Source: Eledone cirrhosa
Taxonomy: Eukaryota
Reading direction: 5' to 3'
Length of the DNA: 64,000 bases
Assembly: GCA_964016885.1 (NCBI GenBank)
Contig: OZ024743.1
Location: 806,001 to 870,000, forward strand
Part shown: positions 15,111 to 30,017 of the stretch, piece by piece
Numbering within the stretch: position 1 is the stretch's first letter
Layout: every line of letters begins with the position of its first letter
Program-made: the position numbers and the translations under genes
The notes under the pieces: model-generated
What the model was told of the DNA's origin: nothing
The model's input: only the letters and a program-made list of their open reading frames with translations
Databases searched by the model: none

Positions 15111-15795
15111 TAATTTAGGAGGTGAGTTTTATTGTAGTACAATAAAGCAATGCAGATAATGGATATGTTGATTTGAAACTGCACTATTCACAAGTGTTTT
15201 TTAACCTTCATATCATGTCTCCCTATTTTATCTGATGAAAACGCAAATGTCATCGCATGATGATATTTGTTTTTGAAATGCACATAATAAAATACATGGA
15301 ACTCTTTTAACCATCTTTTGATCTTATATATTATATATATATATATATATATGAAAACAGGGAGATAGACACGAGGAAGGAAAATATATTTTTTTCCTTT
15401 TTTTGTTTCTCTCTCTTTATTTTCTGGGTTAGAAAATGATTAAAACGAAAGGTTTTACTTTGTGTGAAGTGTTAAGGTATTAGTTGATTTATTTATTATT
15501 TAACAATGGCATTTATTTATCTATTTATATATTTAATTATTGTCTATTACCGGTTTCAGAATTTATATGCATTATCAAATGATAATGAAATGTATTAGTG
15601 TCGTGTCACACATGTTAAACAGAAGGTGCAGAAAGAATAATGTTATTTACAAACAAGGTTTAAGAAGTGAAAAGAAAAAAGAAAAAGAAAAAAAACGTGT
15701 ATAATGTGGAACGTAAAAAGTCAATCTGGAAGAAAAAAAATATATATATATGTATATATATGTATATATAATGTATATATATGTATATATATATA

Positions 15796-16610
<815 letters not shown>

Positions 16611-16611
16611 G

Positions 16612-16680
<69 letters not shown>

Positions 16681-16714
16681 ATACATATGTATGTATTATA
16701 TATGAATATCTATG

Positions 16715-16761
<47 letters not shown>

Positions 16762-16798
16762 GTATCTACATATATATGTATATATAAATATGTATATA

Positions 16799-16867
<69 letters not shown>

Positions 16868-16878
16868 TCCATTTTAAA

Positions 16879-19212
16879 ATGGAAAGGCACCAATTGGATA
16901 TGTCGTTAAAAAACATACCTATTCAGGAAAAAAGGGAATATATTCTAGGTATGATACGAAGGACCAATGATTTTATTCGACGAATCAGATGGAAAACATT
17001 CCATTTTAACAAAAGCCGTATAAACCAAACATCGGATCTTAACAAGGATAAATTTGGATTTAAATCTTACAAGAACCCACCCTCAAACCCACTTTTAGAT
17101 GCATTTGAACAAGACCTAATGGATATGATCATGGAGATCAAATTTACAAAACGGAAGAACAATAAACTACAGAATGACATCACGGCACTGCTCAATAATC
17201 TAAAAAACGCCAATGGAATTATTGTTAGAGCAGACAAAACATCAAACGTATATACCATGGATGTGGACACTTACAATAACTTCATCCGTAAGGAATTGCA
17301 TAAAAAATACAGGAAAACTAATGAAGCTACACTTAAAAACATCAACAACTCGGCATGTGATATTGTTAAAAAATCTTTGTATTGACGATAGAACGCAACC
17401 CTTAACACCAGCTATACCATCCTTCAACCTGAAGGACCACAAGGTAAACTTCGATACTAACCCTAATATTAGACTTATATGCCCCTCTAAATCTGATATA
17501 GGCAAAATTAGCAAATATATACTAGACAGAATTATCCCCCAAGTTAAGGTTAAAGTAGAGATTAAACTATGGGGTAATACTCATGATGCAATAAGATGGT
17601 TTAATAACATTACTGATAAGAAAAAAATCAAAATTTATTCAGTTTGATATTGATGAATATTATTCCTCAATTTCACCTGATACTCTACATGAAGCTCTTT
17701 CGTTCGCTAAGGATAATTCCGACCTTACGGATGCTGAAATTAAAATTATTATAGAAGCGAGGAAAACTATAGTTAAATTCGATGATAGATACTGGGTTCG
17801 CAAAGATAGACCTTCTAATTTTGATATCACTATGGGTTCTAATGATTCGGCGGAAGTAACAGATCTTGTGGGAATTTATATCACCCACAGATTACAAGGA
17901 AAATTCAAGGATCTCCACGGTGGAATCTACCATGACGATGCGCTCCTATTAGTTAAGCATATGAATAACCAGAATTTAGAAAGGATGCGTAAAAATATCA
18001 GAAAGCTTTTTAAGGAACTAGGATTAAATATTACATTTGAATATAACCTCAAAGAGGTCAATTTCCTTGATGTTACTTTCAATCTCAATACAGATACGAT
18101 TAAACCGTTCCATAAACTAAATGAGAACCTTAAATATGTAAATACGAGTTCTAACCATCCACTCTCTATAATTAAATCCATCCCTAGAAATGTTTCTCTT
18201 AGAATCTCCCGCCTGTCGTCCAACCAACAAACCTTCAAAGAACATGCCGAATATTATGATGATGCACTTAGGAAAGCCGGTCACCTAGATAATATAGAGT
18301 ATATAGTCGAAGATCACCAACGCACCCAAAATAAATCCCATAGGAGTAGAAATAGCACAGAATCACCACCATACATACACTACCGCAATAGACACAATAA
18401 TATTCGCACACCACCAAACAGAAGGCGATGTAAGGAGTATATTTGGTACAACCTGGTCTATAACAACTCTATTAAAACCAATCTACCCTCAAAATTCTTT
18501 CGATTAGTTAAAAAACACTTTCCAACATCACATAAATATAATAAAATCTTAAACCATAACACTATTCGACTTTCATATTCAACCGCCCCTAATATTGAAC
18601 AACATATAAAAAAGCTTAACGCAAAACGGTTGTATAAACGCCTTCCAACACATAACAATACACGTAAAACATTAGCTATAACATCACAAAACAACAAACA
18701 ACATCCTGTCCTACATAAGCAACCTCATCAACCCATCCATGGCAATACAACAACGCAAAATTATAATTGCAACTGTGTCCAACCAGGAATGTGTCCGTTG
18801 AACAATCAGTGTCTTGAACGCAACATCGTATACAAATGTACTATCGAATCGGATAGACAGAAGTGGTACTATGTAGGATCTACAGCCACCTCCTTCAAAT
18901 CACGCCTTTATAGACATCGTTACTCGATAAAACATGAAAACCAGCGTTATGTAACAACACTCGCAGACAAGGCTTGGCAGCTGCGTGAAAATAACCAACA
19001 ATTTCACCTAAAATGGGATATAATAGCGCTGCCCCCCCCCCCCCCCCCCCCCATATTCCCATGGACAGGAATTTTGTAAATTATGTAATGTAGAATTATT
19101 TTGTATTATGAAATCCAAAAACATTTTATTAAATAACAGAATAGAGCGATCGTTATACTGTAACCATCGCTTAAAATCTACATGTTCATATTATAAATAC
19201 TACCAGGATTGA
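16879..19212 (+). pseudogene. PLE polyprotein: reverse transcriptase + Cys linker + GIY-YIG endonuclease (3 frameshifts)
   Basis: Motifs IIVRADKTSN, LKDHKVNF..RLICPSKSDIGKISK, QFDIDEYYSSI, ITMGSNDSAEVTDLVG, GGIYHDD, NFLDVT, CNCVQPGMCPLNNQCL..IVY, YYVGST, FCKLC..LLN..CNH. Frameshifts near 17380, 17630 (A run) and 19040 (C run). Confidence 0.92.
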
Positions 19213-19684
19213 ACGCCTGTCTCTATCCCGTTTGATTGTCAAAATAGATATTAACATTCTTTATTAGTCTTAATTCTATCAACTCTTCTATTATTTACCT
19301 TTTAATACAAACTGCTATACATAAAATGAGATTTCTGATTTCTTGATTCAATTCCCTAATGCATATACCAGCTGGCTACTAGCATTGATGTTATTTAGTA
19401 GCAATCGAAATCTCCCCCTTCCGCAATTGACACTTTATAATTAATACTACTGCACCAAATGACCAGCCCTGTCCACTGTCCAGTTGGTCAAGTAGAGATT
19501 AAAATTGGCACTCCCAAAATTCTTATTTAGATTTACTCATGGTATTCTCATTAGAAACCCATTATATACTTGTTTAGCAGTAAATTAATTTACCATCTGT
19601 CATATACTATCGCCTCTGTTTCTTCCCCTACTACTAATATAAATACTTCAATTTTTCTGATTTTATCCAATTTATCCAAAATCT

Positions 19685-19800
19685 CTGAAGAAGTGACAAC
19701 TGATTATACATTTGCTATCGAATACTTGCTAACATTATATGATTACGCAAGCAGCGATACATAGGTATTCAGTCTATTACAGAAACATACGTCAATACCT
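19685..19800 (+). ncRNA. Degenerate hammerhead with extended stem II in PLE 3' UTR
   Basis: CTGAAGA..gtga/actga..tcagt/ttac..GAAAC-atac-GTC; stem I does not pair well. Resembles 20728-20844. Confidence 0.4.
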
Positions 19801-19846
19801 AATAAATTCCTTTTTTAAAAAAAGCACTTTCATTTTATATTCATCC

Positions 19847-20095
<249 letters not shown>

Positions 20096-20123
20096 TCCGT
20101 TTATATACATATATATATATATA

Positions 20124-20323
20124 TACGTTATTCCGGGTTGAATCGGAGGTAACCACAGTAAGTAAGGTACTCAATACATTGCAGAGTATAAAGGTTTTAA
20201 TATAGATGAGATTCTACAGGACTAGAACTGTTTCATTCTTTAGAAATCATCAGGAATCAGAGATTCCTGATGATTTCTAAAGAATGAAACAGTTCTAGTC
20301 CTGTAGAATCTCATCTATATTAA

Positions 20324-20326
<3 letters not shown>
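20124..20326. mobile_element. Short HHR element with back-to-back inverted hammerheads (palindrome 20194-20326)
   Basis: attc-CTGATGA-tttctaaagaat-GAAAcag(ttctagtc)ctgTA-gaat at 20263-20309 (+) and its reverse complement at 20211-20257; (TA)n on both sides. Confidence 0.85.
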
Positions 20327-20361
<35 letters not shown>

Positions 20362-20727
20362 CTGTCTTATATGTTTATACACTAGATATTGCTTTCTATA
20401 ATAATAGTACTAAACACTGTTTTTCTGGACCCCTTTAGAAATAATCTGCTACTATAATAGCCCTAATAACTTGTCTGTGACACTGTACCACTTTGACCCC
20501 TCTAACTAAATTTTGTCCGAACAACACCACTAGAAGAATCTACTTCCCAGCCAACCTTAGCACGCCTCATTAAGCTAACTGCTGCCAAAACATTCTCTCT
20601 TCACAATCTCTACTAGTCTGACTAAGACTCCCTCCACCTTATTCACTTCCCTCTTCCCCTTCTCTTCCTACCTCCTTCTTTATCTTTTATCTAGTGTATG
20701 AAATATTTTCATATCATTCTAATACAA

Positions 20728-20844
20728 AGGTCTGATGACATGGTGTGTTGGCTTACAGTGTACTTTCGGTTTTTGATAATATTTGTGTATTATTCAAGTA
20801 GCGAAGTATAGGTAACTCATACACTATAGAAACAATTGTTACCT
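20728..20844 (+). ncRNA. Type I hammerhead with long stem II
   Basis: aggt-CTGATGA-catggtgtg..tacactata-GAAAC-aatt-GTT-acct, then AATAAA; at the end of a ~520 bp unit (20358-20880). Confidence 0.7.
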
Positions 20845-20958
20845 AATAAATTCTATATACCCGCATTTCCATTTCGTAAATTTTTTCTCTCTCTCTCTAT
20901 ATATATATAATATATGTATGTATATACATATGTATGTATATATATATGAATATCTATG

Positions 20959-20991
<33 letters not shown>

Positions 20992-21006
20992 GTATACATA
21001 TATATG

Positions 21007-21082
<76 letters not shown>

Positions 21083-21144
21083 CATATATACATATTTATA
21101 TATACATATATATGTAGATACATATATATATATGTACATATATG

Positions 21145-21208
<64 letters not shown>

Positions 21209-21326
21209 CATATATACATATTTATATATACATATATATGTAGATACATATATATATATATACATATATATATATACATATATATATATATACATAGATA
21301 TTCATATATAATACATACATATGTAT

Positions 21327-21365
<39 letters not shown>

Positions 21366-21367
21366 CA

Positions 21368-21431
<64 letters not shown>

Positions 21432-21492
21432 AAATTATACATATATATATATATATACATAGATATTCATATATATATACATACATATGTAT

Positions 21493-21534
<42 letters not shown>

Positions 21535-21546
21535 AAATATATGTAT

Positions 21547-21628
<82 letters not shown>

Positions 21629-22035
21629 AAATATATGTATATACACACACATATATATATAAATATATATATATATATATGTAAAAGTTCTATTTAAATT
21701 GTTGGGATACAACTAGCAAATATTTTTATAACTGATATAAAGCACTCAACAAATATTTGGAGTAAAAATACGATATTAACAAATGGAAACTATATTTATA
21801 AAACCATATTTATTTCATTATACATATTTCAATGACACCAAGTTAAATTATGGAGTGCTTTCAGCAGATAGAGTATAATATAGATCAGTATTATAAATAA
21901 ATATTGACATACTCTTAAAAATGCAACCATTACTGTTGGAAGCTCCCAGATAGTGGAGTTGTAGCTTTAATTATATTATTTTTTAAATAAGCCGTTGGGC
22001 TACGGAGAAAGAGAAAGATAAATAAGGAGAGAGAG

Positions 22036-22116
<81 letters not shown>

Positions 22117-22809
22117 GAGAGAGATATAGACCAAAATAACAGAGAGAGAAAGATATAGAGAGATAGAGGAGACAGAGAGAAGGGGAGAGAACGAAAAACT
22201 CTAAGTCATATCTTGTTGAGTTAACTTAACAATTGAGATGAAATGAATAAATAAAATTAGAAATGTTAATAATCATGAATGGAATATACATATATAATAT
22301 GAGAAATGAACCATTGTTTAAATATGATTAGATGTTTAGTTAATCATTTAAAAATTGAGATCAATATATTAAAAATGGGGATCTATATATTAAGCAATCC
22401 ATATATTAGTAGAGAACTACATATCATATAACATGTATACACACGCAAAAATACATATAAATATATATACACACTTATAAAATACATATACATATCTAAC
22501 TTCGTATATAATATATACAAACAAAACATAAAGGATTCTTTAATTTAATTTAAGATATAGGAATCTTATAGAATGTTATAATTGTTAAGATATTAAATGA
22601 AATTTTATATTATACACACTTTATGTTATTAAACAGAATTTGTTTATATAAGTTTTATAAGATTACCTGTTATGTAGTTATGGCTGTTATTATATGTCTA
22701 TCTGTCACGAATCTTAGGATAATCACTATACATAAGTGCAATCAAATTGTATGGATATACACGCATATGTATATACACAATTCCCACATATATATATATA
22801 TATATATAT

Positions 22810-23004
22810 AAAAGACGTAAAATAAGAAAATACTTTTTAAAAAATTTTAAAAAATTTTTTTACTTACTTACTTAAATTTTCACTCCAACTAATTAGTTTC
22901 TGCAATGGGATAAAGACAGTTACATAATCCAACTGTCGAGAATTCATTGCGTCATCAGGGAGTCTATTCTCAGTTCTAGTCCTGTAGAATCTCATCTATA
23001 TTAA

Positions 23005-23070
<66 letters not shown>

Positions 23071-24171
23071 CTGTCTTATATGTTTATACACTAGATATTG
23101 CTTTCTATAATAATAGTACTAAACACTGTTTTTCTGGACCCCTTTAGAAATAACCTGCTACTATAATAGCCCTAATAACTTGTCTGTGACACTGTACCAC
23201 TTTGACCCCTCTAACTAAATTTTGTCCGAACAACACCACTAGAAGAATCTACTTCCCAGCCAACCTTAGCACGCCTCATTAAGCTAACTGCTGCCAAAAC
23301 ATTCTCTCTTTTACTTACTTACTTAAATTTTCACACAGCTGAGAATAGACTCCCTGATGACGCAATGAATTCACGACAGTTAGATTACGTAACTGTCTTT
23401 ATCCCATTGCAGAAACTAATTAGTTGGAGTGAAAATTTAAGTAAGTAAAAAAATTTTTAAAAATTTTTTAAAAAGTATTTTCTTATTTTACGTCTTTTAT
23501 ATTATTGTTCTGCACCCTCCTGCATTGAACCACCTAGGTACTATGACATAACCTGTGTATTTGCTGGCATGGACGTGCATCTGTGCGCCTATGTTAGTTG
23601 ATATATTAAATTATCTATATTTATCTCCAAATCACTGATTTGTCGAGCAAACCTGCCAAAACCACTTCAAAATTTTTTTTTTGGGGGGGGGGCTGTTAGT
23701 AGGCGTCAGTCATCTTACCATCCCATTCCTTCTAACTGGCCTCTATGTCACGTGATTGATTCTTTAGAATCGGCCATTTGACTGGAAGCAGTGAGAATTT
23801 CAGTACATAGAATCCAGTCCTCGCCTAGCTGTTCTTTCTACCGAATTATTATTTTTATATGAGCCGCCAGTGTCCGCGCATTGCCTGGGGGCTCAGCTGA
23901 GAATAGACTCCCTGATGACGCAATGAATTCTCGACAGTTGGATTATGTAACTGTCTTTATCCCATTGCAGAAACTAATTAGTTGGAGTGAAAATGTAAGT
24001 AAGTAAAAAAATTTTTAAAAATTTTTTATAAAGTATTTTCTTATTTTACGTCTTTTATATTATTGTTCTGCACCCTCCTGCATTGAACCACCTAGGTACT
24101 ATGACATAACCTGTGTATTTGCTGGCATGGACGTGCATCTGTGCGCCTATGTTAGTTGATATATTAAATTA

Positions 24172-24178
<7 letters not shown>
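22810..24178 (+). mobile_element. Retrozyme-like non-coding HHR element: 558-bp unit with 285-bp direct repeats plus inverted 5' copy
   Basis: 23336-23620 repeated at 23894-24178; HHRs at 23349-23430 and 23907-23988 (+) and 22882-22963 (-): actcc-CTGATGA-cgcaatg..cattgca-GAAAC-taatta-GTT-ggagt. Confidence 0.85.
22972..23310 (+). repeat. Direct copy of 20291-20600
   Basis: Near-identical sequence including the internal (TA)n. Confidence 0.9.
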
Positions 24179-24262
<84 letters not shown>

Positions 24263-24861
24263 CCTCAACCAATAGGTAGATACGCATCACGTATACATAT
24301 ACATACAGACAGACATACATTCATAAAAACGCATAAAACATATGTACATGTATGTCAATACACACATATACATATATACTCACATATAGAGAGAGGTATA
24401 TATAAATACAGTACATAGTGTAATTGAGTACATAAAATACAAAAGAATTATATTACAATTTGGAAATATAATTATAAGCAATATAACTTTAAAAACAATA
24501 CAATTTAAAAATATTATAGAATATTTTAAGTTATAATTTCAAAATAATAGTATGTTTAATAGATTTGGTATAGAAATTTATTTTACGTATATTTAACTTA
24601 AAATTTTGAAAGGATAAACTTTCGAAAATAGGAGAAGCTATCAGAACAATAAAAAAACAATAAAAAATAAGAAATAAGAAATATTTTCTCCTTTCAAGAG
24701 CTCTCAATATATTTCTCTAGAATAGTTTATTATATTTATATCTATTTATATTTAGGAAGAAAAGTTATTTTTACTTGAGTGTATAATCCGTCAAAAAAAG
24801 ATGAAGGAATCTAATGATTTATCGACAGGTTCAATATATTAATAAAATTAATTAATTATAT

Positions 24862-26250
24862 ACTACATTTTAAATTTATATTTATATTTAAACGTTGAGT
24901 TTAATCTATGTCTGCAGCAACTGAATAAATTATTTCTTAAGTTCAGGGAATTTTTGATCTTTAATATAAAGAATATTTCCTCTATACAAAGATCGCAATT
25001 TTCTGAAGAGGAGTTAAAAGGAGTAGCTTATGAAATAATATTCCAAATCAACGAATATTCAACGTTCTTTAGTTTTAGGTCCCATAATAAGCTAGATAGA
25101 GAAGTTGAAGATTTTTTTGTTTGGATCTATAAAAGAATTTTTATGATTATTGAAGCGGGATTTAAACTCTGTGGAAGTGGATCCCACATAATTAAATGAA
25201 TTTAAATTAGTTTTTACATTACAATTATATACAACATTTTTAGCTAAGCAATTGTTATTTAACGGACAGTTAGATTTATTTCTACAGTTACATTTATCAA
25301 ATTGGATATTGCTTGGGTTATTATTGGTATTTTGGTTAGGTTTTAAATTTCTATTATTAATTCTATTAATATTTTGCACTAAATTTTTGGTGGAAGAATA
25401 AGTTAATTTTATAGTATGTCTATTAAAAATTGAGTAATATCTATGTGTTCTAGGGAAGCATTTGTCAAGAGCTTTAAAAAATAGTTTAGCAATAGGGGTT
25501 TTAATATTTAATGAGAAACGAGGAGCGAACCATAATATGTTCCTAGTTCTATTTCTTTTTCGGCTTTCGGAGTTAATGTAAGGTTTTCTATTATAGTTGT
25601 TAAAACTGTTACCATAGTTAAAATTGTTACGATTATGGTTAGTTGTTATATTATTATTATTATCGATGTATTTCATTTTATTTCTATACCCAGCTCTATC
25701 TAACGCTTCGTTGTAATAATGTGCTTTTTCATCAAATATAATCTTATTCGCTGAAATTCTCGAAATTCGTTCTTGTACAGAGTTCACTATAGTATTTTTA
25801 ACGGATCTGGTGTGATTAGAGTTAAAATTGACGTAATTTAGGTTCTCATTTAGTTTGTGAAATGGATAATGAAGACATGTGTTAAGATTTAGTGTTACAT
25901 CTAAAAAATTAACTATTTTATGGTTATTCTCTATTTCTACTTTTAGATTAAGGTAAATAAAAAATTGTATAATTTGTTTTCTTTTTCTATTTAGTTCACA
26001 GTTATTATTTTCTATAAGTAAAAGCATGTCGTCACGATATAAACCTCCGGTTATCTCAGGTATTTTTCTATGTGGAGAATTAATTATAATAAGGCCCACA
26101 AGATCCGTTACCTGAGCGGAATCGGATGATCCCATAGTTATGTCGAAATTATTAAATTCTATTAATGTTTTCCGTGCCGATAATATAATGCGCATTTCAT
26201 TGCTAGTTAGGTATGTATGTTTAAATGCGTAAGTTAGTGCCTTATTCAGT
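24862..26250 (-). pseudogene. PLE RT C-terminal half + GIY-YIG endonuclease
   Basis: FDITMGSSDSAQVTDLVG, GGLYRDD, NFLDVTLNL, CNCRNKSNCPLNNNCLAKNVVY, YVGSTSTEFKSRFNNH; frameshift near 25115, then CDLC..CCRH. Confidence 0.9.
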
Positions 26251-26401
26251 AGATTTCTTTCTCTTTTTCCGTAACCCAACGGCTTATTTTAAAAATGATA
26301 TAATTAAAGCTACAACTCCACTATCCGGGACCTTCCAACAGTAATGGTTGCACTTTTTAAGGGTATGTCAATATTTATTCATAAAACTGATTTATATTAT
26401 A

Positions 26402-26462
26402 TTTTATCTGATGAAAGCACACCATAATTTAACTTGGAGTCCTTGAAATATGTATAATGAAA
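26402..26462 (+). ncRNA. Type I hammerhead ribozyme (inverted pLTR); mutated partner at 21813-21873 (-)
   Basis: ttttat-CTGATGA-aagcac..gtcctt-GAAA-tatgta-TA-atgaaa; the partner core reads CTGCTGA. Confidence 0.7.
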
Positions 26463-26505
26463 TAAATATGGTTTTATAAATATAGTTTCCATTTGTTAAT
26501 ATCGT

Positions 26506-26538
<33 letters not shown>

Positions 26539-27179
26539 GACGAGAGTTTATCTTTTCAATGGAAGGCCGCAAGGACTGTCCATTTATTTTTGAGACTCGA
26601 AACCGATTCGGTAAAGGTAACCATAGTGAGTACAGTGAATCTTTTAAAATTTATTTTGAAACTTTTTCTTATTTGCTAAACCTTGATTATATATGTTCTG
26701 GCTCGTTAATTTATTAACCTGCCATTGAACCACATTGGCATATGGTTGGACAATACATGTGTCCCTAGACGCTTTTTGCGTGTAGGGATATATACTTTAT
26801 TATTATTATTATCCTCTTGGTCGAGATAAAATTTGGTCGTTCTGACTGCTGCTATTTATAGTGGTAGTAGACTGACCTCCCTTCCCCTGCGTCTATCTTT
26901 ACACACGGCGCTGGACAGAATTGCTTCCACATCATTCATTCTCATCTCGGGAACAATTTTGAATAGCGCCAGTTCGTAATTTGAACTCGGGAATTTTATG
27001 TTCTCCGAGTGAAAAGACCCTTCTGACGAGAGTTTATCTTTTCAATGGAAGGCCGCAAGGACTGTCCATTTATTTTTGAGACTCGAAACCGATTCGGTAA
27101 AGGTAACCATAGTGAGTACAGTGAATCTTTTAAAATTTATTTTGAAACTTTTTCTTATTTGCTAAACCTTGATTATATA
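26539..27179 (+). mobile_element. Retrozyme-like element: 486-bp unit with ~155-bp direct terminal repeats and HHR
   Basis: 26539-26693 matches 27025-27179; HHR 27019-27103 cctt-CTGACGA-gagttt..agactc-GAAAccg(att)cggTA-aagg; (TA)n on both sides. Confidence 0.85.
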
Positions 27180-27581
27180 TATATGTATATGTATATTTGT
27201 ATGTATGTGTTTTTTTGTCTGTGTCTGTGTGTTTATAAGATAAGGGGAGATGGTTAGAGAGGGAGGGAGAGTAAGAGAGAGCGAGGTTGATGCATCAGAG
27301 AAAGCCAACACTTTAATTTCCTCTCTATGAATTTACACTTGAAAACATGATAACGCCTGTACTTAAAACAACAATAAAATAAAATAACAAAATATAATTT
27401 AAAGAGATGCAAAAACAAACATAAAATAAAATGGAAGGAACTGACTCACAATGTAGCGGTTATGTTTATACATTGTTTACATTTAGAAATAAAAGAGAGA
27501 AAGTAAGAGAGAGAAAAAGAGGGAGGGAGAGAGTGAGAGAGAGACAGACAGACAGACAGACTGACGGACAGATAGAGAGAG

Positions 27582-27647
<66 letters not shown>

Positions 27648-27814
27648 GCTGAACGTTAGGAAGAAAGGATGTGGAATATATACACATACACATATGTCAG
27701 TATGAGTGTTTGTCTATATTCGAGAGTGTGTATATAAACATATATTTATGTATTTATACGTGTGTATATGTATTTATAAAAAAAAAATATATATATATAT
27801 ATATATACACACAG

Positions 27815-27847
<33 letters not shown>

Positions 27848-28217
27848 GTGAGAGTGTGTGTGAGGAAGGGAAAAACACTTATGTCATTCATTGCTTTAGC
27901 GTTGATTTCACACTAAGATAAGTAGTTGTTCTGTGATTCGTATGAGTGTTTCCTCATTCATTCTCTAACAACACAATCATAACTGTCTATAGATGTAATC
28001 ATACACACACGCACCAACACACACTCACCGACATATAATAATAAATGCTTATGTACAGAGATCCATCCATACATTTACACCCTGATAAGTAAACACACAC
28101 ACATATACATATATATAGATACACAGATGCACACAAACAAACAACGATATACACATACACATACGCACATACATGCATAGTTGCATAGTTGCACGCTCTC
28201 ATAAATACTGTTTGGTA

Positions 28218-28612
28218 TTATATATATATATATATGATGGCTTCCCCCTCGTAATCGAGTATGACCATTGCACGATATACCATTATTAATAATTATTAAT
28301 TAATTCAATCGTGCAATGCCTGTGCGGGAAGATATTTTTTAAAGTGAGGAAAGACTGTGCACTGATCCAATCCTACTCTCTGAGCGACAGTATCTATAAC
28401 CCTAAAATAAGAAAAGATCAACATCATCGATAACTACTGAGCCGCAACTTTATATCGGAGTTATCCCAGTTTCCTGAGTTGCCTTCTCCTAGAAGAATGC
28501 CCTGACAAAAGCTAGGGGTCCTTCACTCCCAGTGGGTTAACCGCGCGGTACATATATTTACACACTTTCGGATGACCGTCGACTCTTATGTGTTCTTTCG
28601 CCCTTTGTCAGG
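28218..28612 (-). mobile_element. Non-autonomous RTE-related repeat; similar segment at 56775-57360
   Basis: Shared ccttctcctagaa..tgcc(c/t)tgacaa..gcta..ggggtc..ctccc motif; RTE association is from recall only. Confidence 0.4.
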
Positions 28613-28635
28613 TATATATATATATATATATACAC

Positions 28636-28667
<32 letters not shown>

Positions 28668-28734
28668 GTATGGATATATATATATATATTAGAAAGTGAG
28701 GTTTTTTTTTTTATCAAAATGAAAAATAACCGAG

Positions 28735-28897
28735 GTGTCCTACACGAGTGAAAGTATAAAGAAAAAAAGATGAAATCGAAAATGCAACTGGAGTCTTATT
28801 TAAAAAATATATATATATTTATTTGGTCCCTTTACCGGTTTCGCAGTTCTTCTGCTTTTTAAAAGTAGAGTTGAGATGGAGGGTCTGTGGTTTTTCT

Positions 28898-28900
<3 letters not shown>
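28735..28900 (-). mobile_element. Short HHR-variant repeat family (other copies 3262-3470, 55093-55215, 61508-61830)
   Basis: Shared gaaatcgaaaatgcaactggagtc..taccggtttcgcagttcttctgctttt..aaaagtagagttgagatgg. Confidence 0.8.
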
Positions 28901-28928
<28 letters not shown>

Positions 28929-29414
28929 GTATGTGTATATATATATATACAATCAATATCACATACACACACACACACACAAAACAAATGCCCGACAGAC
29001 TTCTCTTCATATAACACTAAGACCTTAATGAAGCCCCGCACTCTACCAATTTCTCCCCTTCGACAGACACTATCACACATATGCCACCCCCTACCCTCCA
29101 CCCTGGTACCCCCAGCCTTGACCTATACCCCTCTATTATTTCCTTTCCTAATTTTCCCTTACAACTCTTTCCTGCATCTGTTCTCCCGCTATCCGAACTT
29201 TCCTGAAGAAGGACTTCTTTCCGAAACGTGATGTGTGAACCTAATATAACTGTAAACATCGCCTCCTATGTTTTGATTGTTTCGTTTATCAATTATATAT
29301 ATATAGTGGTGCTATAAAGTTAGACATGGCCTGTGCCAATACTGGCCGAAACCTATCAACGTTATATATATATTAAAAATATTCTTTGCTTAAACTTTAA
29401 TCTGTTATTTTAAT

Positions 29415-29486
<72 letters not shown>

Positions 29487-29487
29487 T

Positions 29488-29900
29488 CGGTATGCCCGGC
29501 GGACTAACTCACTCGATATGCAAATTAGGCTGCTCAGCCGTTAATATGCATAAGGAAAGTATATACTTTCAAACGTTCAATCAACTGACAGGAAGGTATA
29601 CAGTGCTGATGACAGCTAATAAGATAGAAACTAGTTCATCGTTACTTTGTCAGTGTTGATCAAAATAGCAACGATGGTTGCCGAACACTGTACGGCTAAT
29701 AATTCGGGCTGTTTGTTTACAAACAAACCGAGCATTATAATAACTGTTCGGTAAACCCATACGTGCATATATATATGTGCATGTATGTATATACATACTA
29801 CTGTACATCTGTATACATATATGTATGTACGTATACATACTTATATATAAGTATCAGCCGTACTAAGAGTGAGAAACGAAATTTCATTTTTTCCATTTAT
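29488..29900 (+). mobile_element. ~410 bp HHR-containing repeat; inverted copy at 35315-35703
   Basis: Reverse-complement similarity; HHR-like 29600-29642 with imperfect stems. Confidence 0.8.
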
Positions 29901-29971
29901 ATATATATATTAATATATATATAATCCTTATCGAGCCCTCTTCGGATTTTAGTCTTCACATTTATTATTTT

Positions 29972-30014
<43 letters not shown>

Positions 30015-30017
<3 letters not shown>

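Larger units (their letters stand above)
21770..26250 (-). mobile_element. 5'-truncated Penelope-like element (RT + GIY-YIG + long 3' region) with nested insertions
   Basis: Minus-strand ORF at 25-26 kb; AT-rich 3' region ending in an HHR-bearing terminus at 21770-22020 that is inverted-duplicated at 26252-26505. Confidence 0.75.

Noticed and set aside
29203-29240. CTGAAGA..GAAAC hammerhead-like motif
   Set aside because: GUG at the cleavage position and poor stem I; at best a dead relic.
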